A program made the position numbers and the translations under genes. Positions 47,192-57,597 of a stretch of DNA of 64,000 nucleotides are shown here, piece by piece. The first letter of the stretch is position 1. Every line of letters starts with the position of its first letter. The notes below the pieces were generated by a model that made no database searches, was not told where the DNA came from, and saw nothing but the letters and a program-made list of their open reading frames with translations. Source of the stretch: Candidatus Eiseniibacteriota bacterium (GTDB lineage: Bacteria; Eisenbacteria; RBG-16-71-46; CAZAMP01); contig OZ245046.1 of the NCBI GenBank assembly GCA_965224245.1, positions 2,848,001 through 2,912,000 of the forward strand, written 5' to 3'.

Positions 47192-48262
47192 GTGAGATAC
47201 GACGGTACCGTTCTCGTGACCGGTGCGGCCGGCTTCATCGGCAGCAACTTCGTCCAGCACCTGGTCGAGCACCATCCGACGTGCACCGTCGTCGCGCTCG
47301 ACAGCCTGACGCCGTATTCCTGCCGTGCGAGCCTCGCCCCGCTCGAGGAGAGCGGCACGATCCGGTTCGTGGAGGCCGACATCACCGATCAGCCCACGGT
47401 CGAGCGCGTGATGTCGGAGCACGCGATCACCGACGTGGTCAACTTCGCGGCCGAATCTCACAACGATCGCGCGCTCCTGGATCCGGGGCTCTTCGCGTGG
47501 ACGAACGCGCTCGGCGCACAGCGGCTGCTCGACGCGTCCCGCAAGCACGGCACGCGGCGCCACGTCCACGTGTCGACGATCGAGGTGTACGGTGAACAGG
47601 CCGAGGGCACCCCTTTCTTCACCGAGGGCAGCGCGCTCAACGCCAAGACCCCGTACTCGGCCGCCAAGGCCGCCGGCGACATGCTCGTGCGCGCGTACAT
47701 GCACACGTACCGTGACATGCAGATCTTCATGACCCACTGCGCGAACAACTACGGTCCTCATCAGTTCCCGGAGAAGCTCATCCCGCTGGCCATCACGAAC
47801 GTGCTTCGCGGACGGCGGGTGCCGCTGTACGGTGACGGCATGCAGCGACGCGACTGGATACACGTGTCCGATCACTGCCGGGCCATCGCAACGCTCCTGA
47901 CGAGCTCGAGGCCCTACTCCATCCCCGACGACGCCGCCACCCGCCCCGAGCTCCTGCCCATCTTCGACGTGTCGGCTCGTGAGGAGCTCTCCAACCGGCA
48001 GGTCATCTCGCACGTTCTGGGCGCGCTGGACAGGCCGTTCGACGACTGGGTCGAGTTCGTCGCCGACCGACCGAACCACGACCGGCGCTACACCATCGAC
48101 CCGACGAAGATCGAGACCGAGCACGGCTTCCGGGCCCGGATCGCGTTCGAGACCGGCATCGTCGACGTCGTGCGCTGGTACGTGGACAATCGCGCCTGGT
48201 GGGAGGCGATCCTCGCGCGCACCGGTGAGCTCGGCATCGACTGGAGCCGGAGGTCGGTCTAG
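47192..48262 (+). CDS. rfbB: dTDP-glucose 4,6-dehydratase-like SDR (RmlB/RfbB family; catalytic Asp substituted)
   Basis: VTGAAGFIGSNF, NFAAESH, STIEVYG, YSAAK, NNYGPHQFPEKLIP, RDWIHV, DRPNHDRRY. Confidence 0.85.
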   Translation: MRYDGTVLVTGAAGFIGSNFVQHLVEHHPTCTVVALDSLTPYSCRASLAPLEESGTIRFVEADITDQPTVERVMSEHAITDVVNFAAESHNDRALLDPGLFAWTNALGAQRLLDASRKHGTRRHVHVSTIEVYGEQAEGTPFFTEGSALNAKTPYSAAKAAGDMLVRAYMHTYRDMQIFMTHCANNYGPHQFPEKLIPLAITNVLRGRRVPLYGDGMQRRDWIHVSDHCRAIATLLTSSRPYSIPDDAATRPELLPIFDVSAREELSNRQVISHVLGALDRPFDDWVEFVADRPNHDRRYTIDPTKIETEHGFRARIAFETGIVDVVRWYVDNRAWWEAILARTGELGIDWSRRSV

Positions 48263-48369
48263 GCCCCCTTCCGGACACCCCCCGGCGTGCCCCGGCGCGT
48301 GACGCGCCCGCCGCAGCCGTGCTTGGTTCCCGGTTCCCCCGGGCCGTATAGTGGTCTGCCGGGTCTCTG

Positions 48370-50526
48370 GTGCTCGCGCGGCGACCGGCCGCCGCCGACC
48401 ACCCGGCCTCATCAGCGAAGGACGGAGCCGTGCTGCAGCACGCCTGGTCGATCCTGTGCGATTCGGCCGTCTTCATACTCGTGGGATTCGCGGTCGCGGG
48501 TCTTCTGCACGTCGTGATCGCCCGCGAGTCGATCCTCGGACCGCTCAGGCGACGCGGCACCCGCTCGGTGTTCGTGGCCACGCTGATCGGGCTGCCTCTC
48601 CCGCTGTGCTCCTGCAGCGTGCTGCCGACCGCGGTCACGCTGCGGCGAAAGGGCGCCAGTGCGGGTGCGGTCAGCTCCTTTCTGATCTCCACTCCCGAGA
48701 CCAGCGTGACGTCGATCCTGTTGACGTACGGGCTCCTGGGTCCGGTGATGGCGATCTTCCGCCCGATCGCGGCGTGCGTGACCGCCATCCTCGCGGGCAT
48801 CGCCACGAACGCGCTCGACCGCACGCCCGACGGTGACGTCGGGGTCACGCCCGCGCCGGCGCCCCCGGCCGGGATCGACCCCGACTGTGGATGCGATGCC
48901 GACGTCGCGACGGCGGAGCCGGTCGATGTCGCGGGGCCGACACCGGCCGCGACCCCCGCGCCCGGCATCCTCGCCCGCGGGCGGGTCGCGCTCCGGTACG
49001 CGTTCGTGGACCTGTTCGACGACATCTTCGGGTGGGTGGTGCTGGGCGTCGTCGCGGCCGCGATCATCCAGACCTGGCTCCCGGCCGACACGTTGACCCG
49101 ACTGACCGGGGGACCGCTGCAGTCGATGCTGATCATGCTGCTCGTCGGGCTGCCGCTCTACGTCTGCGCCGAGGCATCGACCCCGGTGGCGGCGGCCTTC
49201 ATCGCCCAGGGGCTCGGGCCCGGAGCCGCGCTCGTGTTCCTCCTGGTGGGCCCGGCCACCAACGCGGGCTCGATCGGGATCCTGCGCAATCTCCTCGGAC
49301 GGCGGCTCGTGATCGCCTATCTCGCCGCCATCGCCCTCGTGGCGTTGATCATGGGAGCGGCCCTGGACGCGCTGGTCACCTCCACCGGATACGCGATGGA
49401 CGCCCGCGCGCTCGACGCGAGCACCGGTCCGGTGTGGCTCAACCGCCTGGCCGGCGTGGTCTTCCTGGCCCTCGGCATCGGGACCCTCCGCCGCCGACGC
49501 ATGCTGGATCGCCTCGCGGGCTGGCTGAACGCGCGCCTGCCGTTCGACGTCGGCCGCACGCCGACGATGATCGCGCTCGGCGCGGGACTCGTCGCCGCGT
49601 GGCTCACCACCGGGATCGCACGGATCGCGCCCGGTGAGCTGGGCGTGGCGCGCGTGTTCGGCGCGATCGTGGCCGCCGACCTCGGACCGGGCTTGCACGT
49701 CTCGTGGCCACCCCCGATCGGATCGATCGACGTCTTGCCCCGCTCCGAGGTCCGCCGCCTCGTGCTCGGCATCTCCGACGGCGAGAGCCGCCTGCCGGAC
49801 GGTGCCGGACGCTGGCGGGACAACATCGAGGACACGCGGCACCTCGTCGGCGACGAGAACATCGCGAACCTGGTCGTGTCGGTGCACTGGGGGGCCGACG
49901 CGTCACACATCCTCGACTTCGGGTACGGCGTGCGCCAGCCCGAGGTCCTGGTTCGCAACGTGGTACTGGCCACGCTTCGCGAGGTGGTGGCGGGTCGATC
50001 GATCAACGAGCTGTTCACGGTCGCCCGGCACGACGTCGAGAGCACCATCTCCTCGCGGGCCGGCGAGCGGCTCGCGGCGTATCGGAGCGGCATTCGCGTT
50101 CACGACGTCCGTCTCCTGGACGTGCACGCTCCCGCGGCCGTCCACGACGCGTTTCGCGACGTCGCGAGCGCGACCGAGGACCGGGCCACCGTCATCGACC
50201 TGGCGCGCGCGGACGAGGCCGCGATCCTGCCCGGGGCCCGCGCACGGGCCACCGAGATCGAGCTGGAGGCCGCCGCCTACCGGGCCCGGACCGTGGCCGA
50301 GGCGCGCGGAGACGTCGCGGGCTTCCCCGCGCTCTCGGCGGTCGGCCGGCGATGGCCCGACGTGACGCGCCGGCGCCTGCGCCTCGAGGCGCTGGAGAAG
50401 ACGCTTCCACGACTCAAGACGTACCTGACCCCCGCGTCCAAGGCCGGGGACGGATCGCTCGAGATCTGGCTCACCGAGCCGGGCGCCGAGATCCCCGTCC
50501 CGCCGATGGAGGACACCGAACCATGA
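48370..50526 (+). CDS. DUF318/SO_0444-type (ArsP-like) permease fused to an HflK-like SPFH domain
   Basis: 'PLPLCSCSVLP', 'FLISTPE', 'PLYVCAEASTP', 'GPATN', then in the same frame 'PGE.GV...FG...PGLH..WP', 'GDENI', 'V.DAF.DV..A.ED', 'P.ARA.A'. Confidence 0.85.
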   Translation: MLARRPAAADHPASSAKDGAVLQHAWSILCDSAVFILVGFAVAGLLHVVIARESILGPLRRRGTRSVFVATLIGLPLPLCSCSVLPTAVTLRRKGASAGAVSSFLISTPETSVTSILLTYGLLGPVMAIFRPIAACVTAILAGIATNALDRTPDGDVGVTPAPAPPAGIDPDCGCDADVATAEPVDVAGPTPAATPAPGILARGRVALRYAFVDLFDDIFGWVVLGVVAAAIIQTWLPADTLTRLTGGPLQSMLIMLLVGLPLYVCAEASTPVAAAFIAQGLGPGAALVFLLVGPATNAGSIGILRNLLGRRLVIAYLAAIALVALIMGAALDALVTSTGYAMDARALDASTGPVWLNRLAGVVFLALGIGTLRRRRMLDRLAGWLNARLPFDVGRTPTMIALGAGLVAAWLTTGIARIAPGELGVARVFGAIVAADLGPGLHVSWPPPIGSIDVLPRSEVRRLVLGISDGESRLPDGAGRWRDNIEDTRHLVGDENIANLVVSVHWGADASHILDFGYGVRQPEVLVRNVVLATLREVVAGRSINELFTVARHDVESTISSRAGERLAAYRSGIRVHDVRLLDVHAPAAVHDAFRDVASATEDRATVIDLARADEAAILPGARARATEIELEAAAYRARTVAEARGDVAGFPALSAVGRRWPDVTRRRLRLEALEKTLPRLKTYLTPASKAGDGSLEIWLTEPGAEIPVPPMEDTEP

Positions 50527-51503
50527 GCCGACGCCTCCTCCCTGCCATCCTCGCGCTGGTCGCGCTCTGGTGGCTCGGATCCGCGCTCTTCGTCGTGGAT
50601 CGAACCGAGTACGCCGTGCAGCTCCGCTTCGGCGAGCCGGTCGCCATCCATCTGGAGCCGGGCCTCCGGGCGAAGTTCCCGTGGCCGATCGACACGGTTG
50701 CTCGCCTCGACAACCGCCTGATGGTGCTGCAGAACCCCCGAGGCGACGAGCCGGACAAGGAGTACCTGACGCACGACGCGCAGTCGGGCATCGGCAAGAA
50801 CGTCGTCGTGACCGCGTACACGTGCTGGCGCATCCGCCGGGACGAGGCCGCCGTGCTCCGGTTCCTGGAGACGATGCGCGAGCGCGCGGGCGCCGAGGCC
50901 CGCATCGGCGACGTCGTGGTGGCCGAGCTCGGCTCGGCACTGGGGAGCTCCGACTTCACGGTGCTCGTCTCGACCGATCCGGCGGTGCGCCGCTGGTCGG
51001 GATTCATGGACGACCTTCGTGAGCGCTGCGCGTCGCGGCTCGACGACTACGGCATCGACGTCGTCGACGTGCGCATCCAGCGTCTCAACTTCCCCGACCA
51101 GAACCGCCGGAACGTGTTCGACCGCATGCGGGCCGAGCGGCAGACGATCGCCGCGAAGTACCGATCCGAGGGCGAGGAAGAGGCCACCGGGATCCGCGCG
51201 CGTGCGAACCGCCAGCGCGAGGAGATCCTCGCCGCGGCCAACGAGGCGGCCGAACGCACCCGGGGCGAGGCCGACGCCGAGGCGGCACGGATCTACGCCG
51301 AGGCACACGGGCAGGACCCGGAGTTCTATCGCTTCATCCGGACGCTGGACGCCTACGAGAACGCGTTCCAGGACGGATCGGTCGCCATCCTGTCCGGCAG
51401 CGGCGAGTTCCTCGAGCTCCTGAACCCGCCCGCCGGCGCCGACGGCTCGGGCACGCGCTCAGGGGGGTCACCCGCCCCGCGCGCGCGGGAGGACGCGCCG
51501 TGA
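50523..51503 (+). CDS. hflC: HflC-like SPFH protein
   Basis: ATG 50523 overlaps the upstream stop (ATGA). 'FVVD..EYAV..RFG.P', 'PGL..K.PWP', 'VFDRMRAER', 'RSEGEE', 'DPEFYRF.RTL.AY'. Confidence 0.88.
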   Translation: MSRRLLPAILALVALWWLGSALFVVDRTEYAVQLRFGEPVAIHLEPGLRAKFPWPIDTVARLDNRLMVLQNPRGDEPDKEYLTHDAQSGIGKNVVVTAYTCWRIRRDEAAVLRFLETMRERAGAEARIGDVVVAELGSALGSSDFTVLVSTDPAVRRWSGFMDDLRERCASRLDDYGIDVVDVRIQRLNFPDQNRRNVFDRMRAERQTIAAKYRSEGEEEATGIRARANRQREEILAAANEAAERTRGEADAEAARIYAEAHGQDPEFYRFIRTLDAYENAFQDGSVAILSGSGEFLELLNPPAGADGSGTRSGGSPAPRAREDAP

Positions 51504-52456
51504 GCACGCGCCGTTCGCTCCGGCGGCTCCGGCGCTGGGGTCCGTTGCTGGTCGCCGGGATCGTGCTCGCCTACCTGGCCAGCGGGCTCTTCTTCGTGCG
51601 TCCGGACGAGCGTGGGGTCGTGCGCTGGTTCGGACGTCCGGGCCGCGTGGTGCCACCGGGTCTGCACTACGCGCTCCCGCGTCCGTTCTGCCGGGTCGAC
51701 CGGCCCCGCACCGAGGAGCTGCGCCGCGTCCACGCCGGCCTCCCGCCCGCCGACCGCCAGGCGATCACGCGCGGCGACATGGAGGCCATCGTCCGCACGA
51801 GCGGGACGGATCTCCTGACCGGAGACGTGAACATCCTCAAGGCCACGCTGATCGTTCAGTATCACGTGGACGATCCGCGCGCCTACCTGTTCACGACCGA
51901 GGCGCCGGACGCGCTGATCCGGCGAGTCGTCGAGTCGCTCCTGGTCGAGGAGCTAGCCGGACGCCCGGTGGACGAGGCCTTGACCGCGGAGAAGGCGCGG
52001 CTGCAGACCCGGGTGCTCGAGCGCTCGCAGGAGACGCTCGATCGCTTCGGCGCCGGCATCCGTCTGATCTCGGCGAATCTCGATGCCATCGCACCGCCGC
52101 GTGCGATCGTGGACGCGTTCCAGGACGTGGTCAGCGCGCAGAAAGACGCCGAACGACTCGTGGACGAGGCGGTCGCCGACGGAAACCGGAGGGTGGCCGA
52201 GGCGCGTGGACTGGCGGTCGAGAGCGAGGAGGCGGCGCGCGGCTACCGCACCGCCCGCCTCGCCCGCGCCAGAGGCGAGGCCGCGCGGTTCCAGAGCCTC
52301 CTGGCCGAGTACCGGCTCGAGCCCGAGGTCGTGCGCGAACGACTGCTCCTCGAGCGCCTCGAGCGGATCCTCCCCCGGCTCCGCACGGTCATCGTGGACG
52401 ATCCAGACGGGGGCCCCCCAACCGACCTGAAGCTGATCGAGCGCGGAGCCCGCTGA
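51500..52456 (+). CDS. hflK: HflK-like SPFH protein
   Basis: GTGA overlap. 'V.PDERGVV..FG...PGLHY.LP.P', 'LLTGDVNI', 'PP.AI.DAF.DV..A', 'A.GEA.RF...L.EY...P.V.RERL.LE'. Confidence 0.88.
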   Translation: MSTRRSLRRLRRWGPLLVAGIVLAYLASGLFFVRPDERGVVRWFGRPGRVVPPGLHYALPRPFCRVDRPRTEELRRVHAGLPPADRQAITRGDMEAIVRTSGTDLLTGDVNILKATLIVQYHVDDPRAYLFTTEAPDALIRRVVESLLVEELAGRPVDEALTAEKARLQTRVLERSQETLDRFGAGIRLISANLDAIAPPRAIVDAFQDVVSAQKDAERLVDEAVADGNRRVAEARGLAVESEEAARGYRTARLARARGEAARFQSLLAEYRLEPEVVRERLLLERLERILPRLRTVIVDDPDGGPPTDLKLIERGAR

Positions 52457-52766
52457 CGGGCCGGAGCGCCTCGTCACTTAAGCCACTCAGCAGCAATGAC
52501 TTACTCCCCGCGAGCAGTCCCGCGCGCGCACGCCCTCGGTGGCGCGGCGGCCGGTGCGCCCGGGCGCCGCCGGGTCTCGAACCGTGCATCGACCAGGGCC
52601 GACCTCCCGCATGCATACGTCAACATCGCCTTCGCCCGAGACGAAACTGATAGGAACACCCGTGCTGCTCCGGCGCCCACGACGAGCGCCGGGATCGGCG
52701 AGACCGAACGCCGTCCACCGGGGCCGCACCCGACCGAGCTTCCGTCGAGCACAGGAGATCCGCGCG

Positions 52767-54845
52767 TTGGCCGAGCGAATCCTCGTCGTCGACCACGACG
52801 AGTCGATCCGGAGCGTCATCACCGAGGTCCTCAGGGACGACGGGTACGACGTCACCGAAGCCGAACGCGCCGAGCACGCCTGGACGCTCTTCCAGACCGC
52901 GCCCTTCCCCATCGTCGTGACCGGGATCGCCATGCCCGCGATGACCGGTCTCGAGCTCCTGCAATCGGTGATGGCCACGAGCCCCGAGACGCTCGTGATC
53001 ATCCTGACCAGCCACGCGTCGCTGGAGTCGGTCACCGAGGTCCTCCGCCTGGGTGCGTACGACTACCTTCAGATGCCGTTCGACGACCTTGACGTCGTCT
53101 CGGCCACGGTCAAGCGGGCGGTCGAGAAGGTCCGCCTCACCGACGAGAAGCGGCAGCTCACGCTCGACCTGGCGGCCAAGGCGTTCGATCTCGAGCGCGC
53201 GAACCAGCAGCTCGCGCGGGCGAACGAGGCGCTCAAGCTGGCCACGGAGGAGGCACTGGCCGCCAGCCGCTCGAAGGGCGAGTTCGTGGCGAACATGAGC
53301 CACGAGATCCGCACGCCGATGAACGGCGTCCTCGGCATGCTCGATCTCCTGATGGACCTCGGCCTGACCGGTGCCCAGCGCGAGTACGTCGAGACGGCCC
53401 AGCGGTCGGCTCGCGCCCTGCTGGCACTCATCAACGACATCCTCGACTTCTCGAAGATCGAAGCCGGCAAGCTGTCCGTCGATCCTCACCCGTTCGACCT
53501 CGTGGAGCTGATCGAGGACATCGTGGAGACGCTCGCGGTCCAGGGAGACGAACGCGAGCTGGATCTGGTCACCCGGCTGGGCCCCCGGATCCCGCGCCTG
53601 TACGTCGGCGACTCCGGCCGGCTGCGCCAGGTGCTCATCAACCTGACGTCCAACGCGATCAAGTTCACACACGACGGACACGTGTGCATCGACGTCACGC
53701 TCGACGAGCGGCGGACCGACGGCGTTCGCCTGCGGGTCGAGGTGAGCGATACCGGCATCGGCATCGCACCCGATGCCATCGGGCGGCTGTTCGAGCAGTT
53801 CACGCAGGCCGACCCATCGACGACCCGACGATACGGGGGCACCGGGCTCGGACTGACCATCAGCAAGCGACTGGTCGAGCTCATGGGAGGCGCGATCGGT
53901 GTCGAGAGCGAGCCCGGCGTGGGATCCACGTTCTGGTTCACCGTGGAGCTCGGGCTCGACTCGAACCCGGGCGTGGCCTTGTCGTCGGTCGCGCACCTGG
54001 ACGGTCTTCGCGTGCTCGCCGCCATCGACGGGGAGCGGCTCGGCGCCAGCATCGCCGAGACCGCTCGAGCCCTCGGCGTCGGATACGTATCGCGAGTGCC
54101 GCTCGTCGACGCCCTGACGGAGCTCCAGCGCGCGCACCGCCGGGGCGAGCCGTATCATGCGGCGATCCTCGGGGGGAGAAGGCCGAGCGCGACCGCGGTG
54201 ACGGCGACCGAGATCCGATCCACTCCTGCGCTCGAGCCGACGGCACTCATCTCGCTGGGTCGCCTCAGCGACCGCGTGGACTCCGCGCGTCTGGCCGAGC
54301 TCGGGTTCGATGCCGCGCTGACGGTCCCCGTCCGCCAGGCACGCCTGATCGAAGCACTGGAGCAGGCTAACGAGCGGCTGGCCACCCAGACGATCACGCG
54401 CCCGGACACGCCACTCCCGATGCGCCGGCCCCCGATCCCCGACTCGGCCGAGACTCAGGGGGTCCCGCTGGCCGGTGCGCGCGTGCTCCTGGTCGAGGAC
54501 AACGAGATCAACCGGCTGCTCGCGTCCAAGATCCTCCGCGGCTTCGAGTGCGAGATCGACTACGCCTACAACGGACTGGAAGCGGTGGAGAAGGTCCTGG
54601 CCGGGTCGTTCGACGTCGTCCTGATGGACTGTCAGATGCCGCACATGGACGGCTACGAGGCCACCACGAGGATCCGCTCCAACCCGGACTCGCCGCAGCC
54701 CCCGATCATCGCACTGACCGCCAACGCACTCGACGGTGATCGCCAGCGCTGCATGTCGGCCGGCATGAACGAGTACGTGGCCAAGCCGTTCGACCGGCAC
54801 GTGCTGCGCGAGCGGATGTCGCGCTGCTTGAACCCGCGCGTCTGA
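52767..54845 (+). CDS. Cytoplasmic hybrid histidine kinase: pseudo-REC - HisKA/HATPase - degenerate REC - REC
   Basis: '[15 protein letters not shown]', '[16 protein letters not shown]', 'DTGIGI', 'GGTGLGL', final REC 'LLVEDN...[10 protein letters not shown]...AKPF'. TTG start after AGGAG. Confidence 0.92.
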   Translation: MAERILVVDHDESIRSVITEVLRDDGYDVTEAERAEHAWTLFQTAPFPIVVTGIAMPAMTGLELLQSVMATSPETLVIILTSHASLESVTEVLRLGAYDYLQMPFDDLDVVSATVKRAVEKVRLTDEKRQLTLDLAAKAFDLERANQQLARANEALKLATEEALAASRSKGEFVANMSHEIRTPMNGVLGMLDLLMDLGLTGAQREYVETAQRSARALLALINDILDFSKIEAGKLSVDPHPFDLVELIEDIVETLAVQGDERELDLVTRLGPRIPRLYVGDSGRLRQVLINLTSNAIKFTHDGHVCIDVTLDERRTDGVRLRVEVSDTGIGIAPDAIGRLFEQFTQADPSTTRRYGGTGLGLTISKRLVELMGGAIGVESEPGVGSTFWFTVELGLDSNPGVALSSVAHLDGLRVLAAIDGERLGASIAETARALGVGYVSRVPLVDALTELQRAHRRGEPYHAAILGGRRPSATAVTATEIRSTPALEPTALISLGRLSDRVDSARLAELGFDAALTVPVRQARLIEALEQANERLATQTITRPDTPLPMRRPPIPDSAETQGVPLAGARVLLVEDNEINRLLASKILRGFECEIDYAYNGLEAVEKVLAGSFDVVLMDCQMPHMDGYEATTRIRSNPDSPQPPIIALTANALDGDRQRCMSAGMNEYVAKPFDRHVLRERMSRCLNPRV

Positions 54846-54905
54846 CGCGTCTCCGGTCGTCCTCCGACCGTGTTCGCGCCGTGCTTCGGATCTCGAGCCG
54901 CCCGG

Positions 54906-56699
54906 TCACTCCAGCTTGACGACGGTCTTCGCGTACACGATTCCGGCGGTCCGGACGAGGATCCGGTAGACACCTGGCGCCACCGGTCGATCCGCCCGGT
55001 CCCGGCCGTCCCATCGCACCTCCCGGCGCCCCGCTGCCATCGTCTCGTCGGCCAGTCGCCGCACGACCCGGCCCCGAACGTCCACCACGGTGACGGTCAC
55101 GCGATCGGCTCGGCGGAGCTGGAACGAGATGCGGGTCGACCGGAGGAACGGGCTCTCGACCAGTGCCTCCGCCGTGCGGTCGTCGGCGCCGGTCGCGTCA
55201 CCCACGGCGACCCCGGTCGGGGCGTGTGTGAACGCGTACCACGCGGCGGGCTCGGTACGCGGCATGCCCTCGGATCGACCCGAGGCGTCCTCAGCGTGGA
55301 GGTAGTACTCGGTCGTGGTGACCACGGCGGGGGCGGGAATGGTCGCCCGGTAGCGATCGTCGCCGATCGGCACCATCGCGACGTCCTCCCACGGGTCACC
55401 CCCTTGACGGTGGACGAGCTCGACGGACGTGACCGCGGCCCCTGCATGCGCCACCACCGTCGCCTCGATCGGCACGTCACCTCCCGCGGGCGCGACGATC
55501 GGCACGTGCGCGACGCGGAGCATGCCGCGGTCGGCGACGCCCTTCGCACGGCAGTGGAGCGCGTCGTCGGTCAGCCATCCCGTGTGGTCATAGCCCCGGA
55601 CACCGTACCCCGGCGCCGCCGACTGGTAGGCCATGAGCGCGGCCGCGTCCTCGGCCGGGCTCCCGAACGTGGGGACGTAGATCTGATCGTTCAGGATCAG
55701 GCTGTTCGTGTACGAGGCGGGTCGTCCGGATCCGATGTCGTGGCAGTACACGCGCATCACGCGATACGGGCGTCCGGTCGAGGAGTCGAGCGAGGCCAGG
55801 AGCGTGGCGCGTTGCTCCAGATCGTCGTAGGTGTGATGCGAGGGCCACACCTCCTTGACGAGGACGGTCTCCTCGTCCAGGAACTTGCCCCACGTGTCGA
55901 TGTGGTGGATGCCGCCGGCCTCGATGTCCTCCACGACGGCGTACACCGCGATCCCGTAATAGTCCGCCATCAGCTGATCGACCTCGGCGGGCGTCATGCC
56001 GTTCGCGTAAGCGGCTTCGGTGTAGACCAGATCGGTCGACGAGGCGATGTGCTCGCCGTCGGTCATGTAGTTGCCCCCGGTGTGCCACATGTCGTGCCGG
56101 ACCACCGGAATGCCCTGCTGAGCACCGAATCGCACCGGGATCAGGTCGTCGGCCGGACGCGACGGACGGTTGTACACGTGATCGACGATGACGAGCCGGC
56201 CCGCGCCGTCGAAGACGAACCACGGGCCGTAGTCGCGAACCCAGATCGAGTTGTTGGGCTCCACGAGGAACTCCACGCGATCCATGTCGACGCCGTTGGC
56301 CGCGAGGTTCGCCTGAGCCGTGGCCAGGAGGCTGTTGGTGACGATGACGTGCAGCGTGACCTGATCGTCCATGTCGCGAAGGAGTGCGTACGGCAGACCG
56401 AGGGGGAACCGAACCAGGACCCCCGTCATCGGCTCCCACTCGGCGCAGCCACGAATCGGAGACGCCGGGGGTGGATCGGCGGCGACACGGGTGGCCGGAT
56501 CACCACCGAGCCGTCGCCGGGCACCTCGGGCCGAGCGCCACGCGATCTCCTCGCGCGTCTCGTGGTGGGGCAGGAGCTCCTCGATCCCGTCGACGTCCCG
56601 CTCCGCCCTGGCGGGGCCGGGGACGAGCGCGGCGAGGACGATGGTACCGGTGGCCAGCACGATCGTGGCGAGCGCCGGGCAGGGTCGGTGACTGTGCAT
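54906..56699 (-). CDS. Secreted agmatine/peptidylarginine deiminase family protein with FlgD-Ig CTD
   Basis: 'AEWEP', 'WVRDYGP', 'GGN', 'HID', 'YTN', 'LHC', signal peptide, C-terminal 'DVRGRVVR...WDGRD...VAPGVY'. Confidence 0.9.
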   Translation of the reverse strand: MHSHRPCPALATIVLATGTIVLAALVPGPARAERDVDGIEELLPHHETREEIAWRSARGARRRLGGDPATRVAADPPPASPIRGCAEWEPMTGVLVRFPLGLPYALLRDMDDQVTLHVIVTNSLLATAQANLAANGVDMDRVEFLVEPNNSIWVRDYGPWFVFDGAGRLVIVDHVYNRPSRPADDLIPVRFGAQQGIPVVRHDMWHTGGNYMTDGEHIASSTDLVYTEAAYANGMTPAEVDQLMADYYGIAVYAVVEDIEAGGIHHIDTWGKFLDEETVLVKEVWPSHHTYDDLEQRATLLASLDSSTGRPYRVMRVYCHDIGSGRPASYTNSLILNDQIYVPTFGSPAEDAAALMAYQSAAPGYGVRGYDHTGWLTDDALHCRAKGVADRGMLRVAHVPIVAPAGGDVPIEATVVAHAGAAVTSVELVHRQGGDPWEDVAMVPIGDDRYRATIPAPAVVTTTEYYLHAEDASGRSEGMPRTEPAAWYAFTHAPTGVAVGDATGADDRTAEALVESPFLRSTRISFQLRRADRVTVTVVDVRGRVVRRLADETMAAGRREVRWDGRDRADRPVAPGVYRILVRTAGIVYAKTVVKLE

Positions 56700-56767
56700 T
56701 CCCGGGTCTCCTCGGTGACGTCGAGCTCGAGCGAGTCTAGCAGATCGCCCGAGGAGACCGCGACGCG

Positions 56768-57424
56768 TCAGGCGGGCGCCGGCTCGGTCGCGCGCCAGCG
56801 ACGGAGCATCGCGCGAACGTCTGGAAGCACCTCCAGATACCGGGATACCATCGGTCGGTGGCCACCGGTGATCACGCTGCCCTCGTAGGCGGCCTCGACG
56901 GTCCACTCGGTCCCGTCGGTCGTGGGCACCAGACGGTGGCCGACCTCGATCTCGTACGTGCAGGTCACGGGCACCTTCTTGCTCGTGGTGCGCTGTCGGA
57001 GCTGCACGCGCGGGATCGTCCGCTCGAGCTCGCGCTCGCGCGGGTCACTCTCGGGATCGCAGTGCCACCGGCCATCTCGCCGCGCGCGCCGATACTCGGC
57101 CCGACCGGTCATGGGCTCGGGAAGCTGGGTCCGGATCGCGTACGGCGGCTCGACGTCGCCGCGCCCGATGGGAACGATGATCTCGATCGAGCAGCCCTGG
57201 AGCCGAGTCTCGACGAGCAGTAGCTCCTCGGTGTCTCCGTAGCCCGGTCCCGAGAAGAAGCGACGAAACCGGGAGATCGGCTGGGACACGTAGTCGATGA
57301 TCTCGGCCTCGATCGTGGTGCAGCCGAGCTTCTCGAGGTCTTTCACCAGCTTCGTGTACAGCACGCTGAACGCTCGAAGGTGCCTGGACTGCTCGTACTG
57401 CTTCAACGCCGGGTGAATGTGCAT
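56768..57424 (-). CDS. Hypothetical protein
   Basis: 218-aa ORF with non-shadow composition and GGAGG RBS; no family recognised. Confidence 0.65.
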   Translation of the reverse strand: MHIHPALKQYEQSRHLRAFSVLYTKLVKDLEKLGCTTIEAEIIDYVSQPISRFRRFFSGPGYGDTEELLLVETRLQGCSIEIIVPIGRGDVEPPYAIRTQLPEPMTGRAEYRRARRDGRWHCDPESDPRERELERTIPRVQLRQRTTSKKVPVTCTYEIEVGHRLVPTTDGTEWTVEAAYEGSVITGGHRPMVSRYLEVLPDVRAMLRRWRATEPAPA

Positions 57425-57597
57425 GCTCGCCCTCCCACTTCGCAGCTGAGACGCGGTTGGGGATGCCGCGCACGAGCTACTGTAGGGGGTGGATGCACGG
57501 CGGCGGAATGATGCATGCGCATCATCCAGTCGATCGGCGTTCCGGTACGGTCAGGCTCCGCGTTCCGACGTTGCCCGAACCGGCTCGTCTCGATGCA

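Noticed and set aside
49704-50522. N-terminal extension of HflC (599-aa ORF)
   Set aside because: Out-of-frame overlap with the permease-HflK gene; ATG 50523 with RBS and ATGA coupling is the better start.
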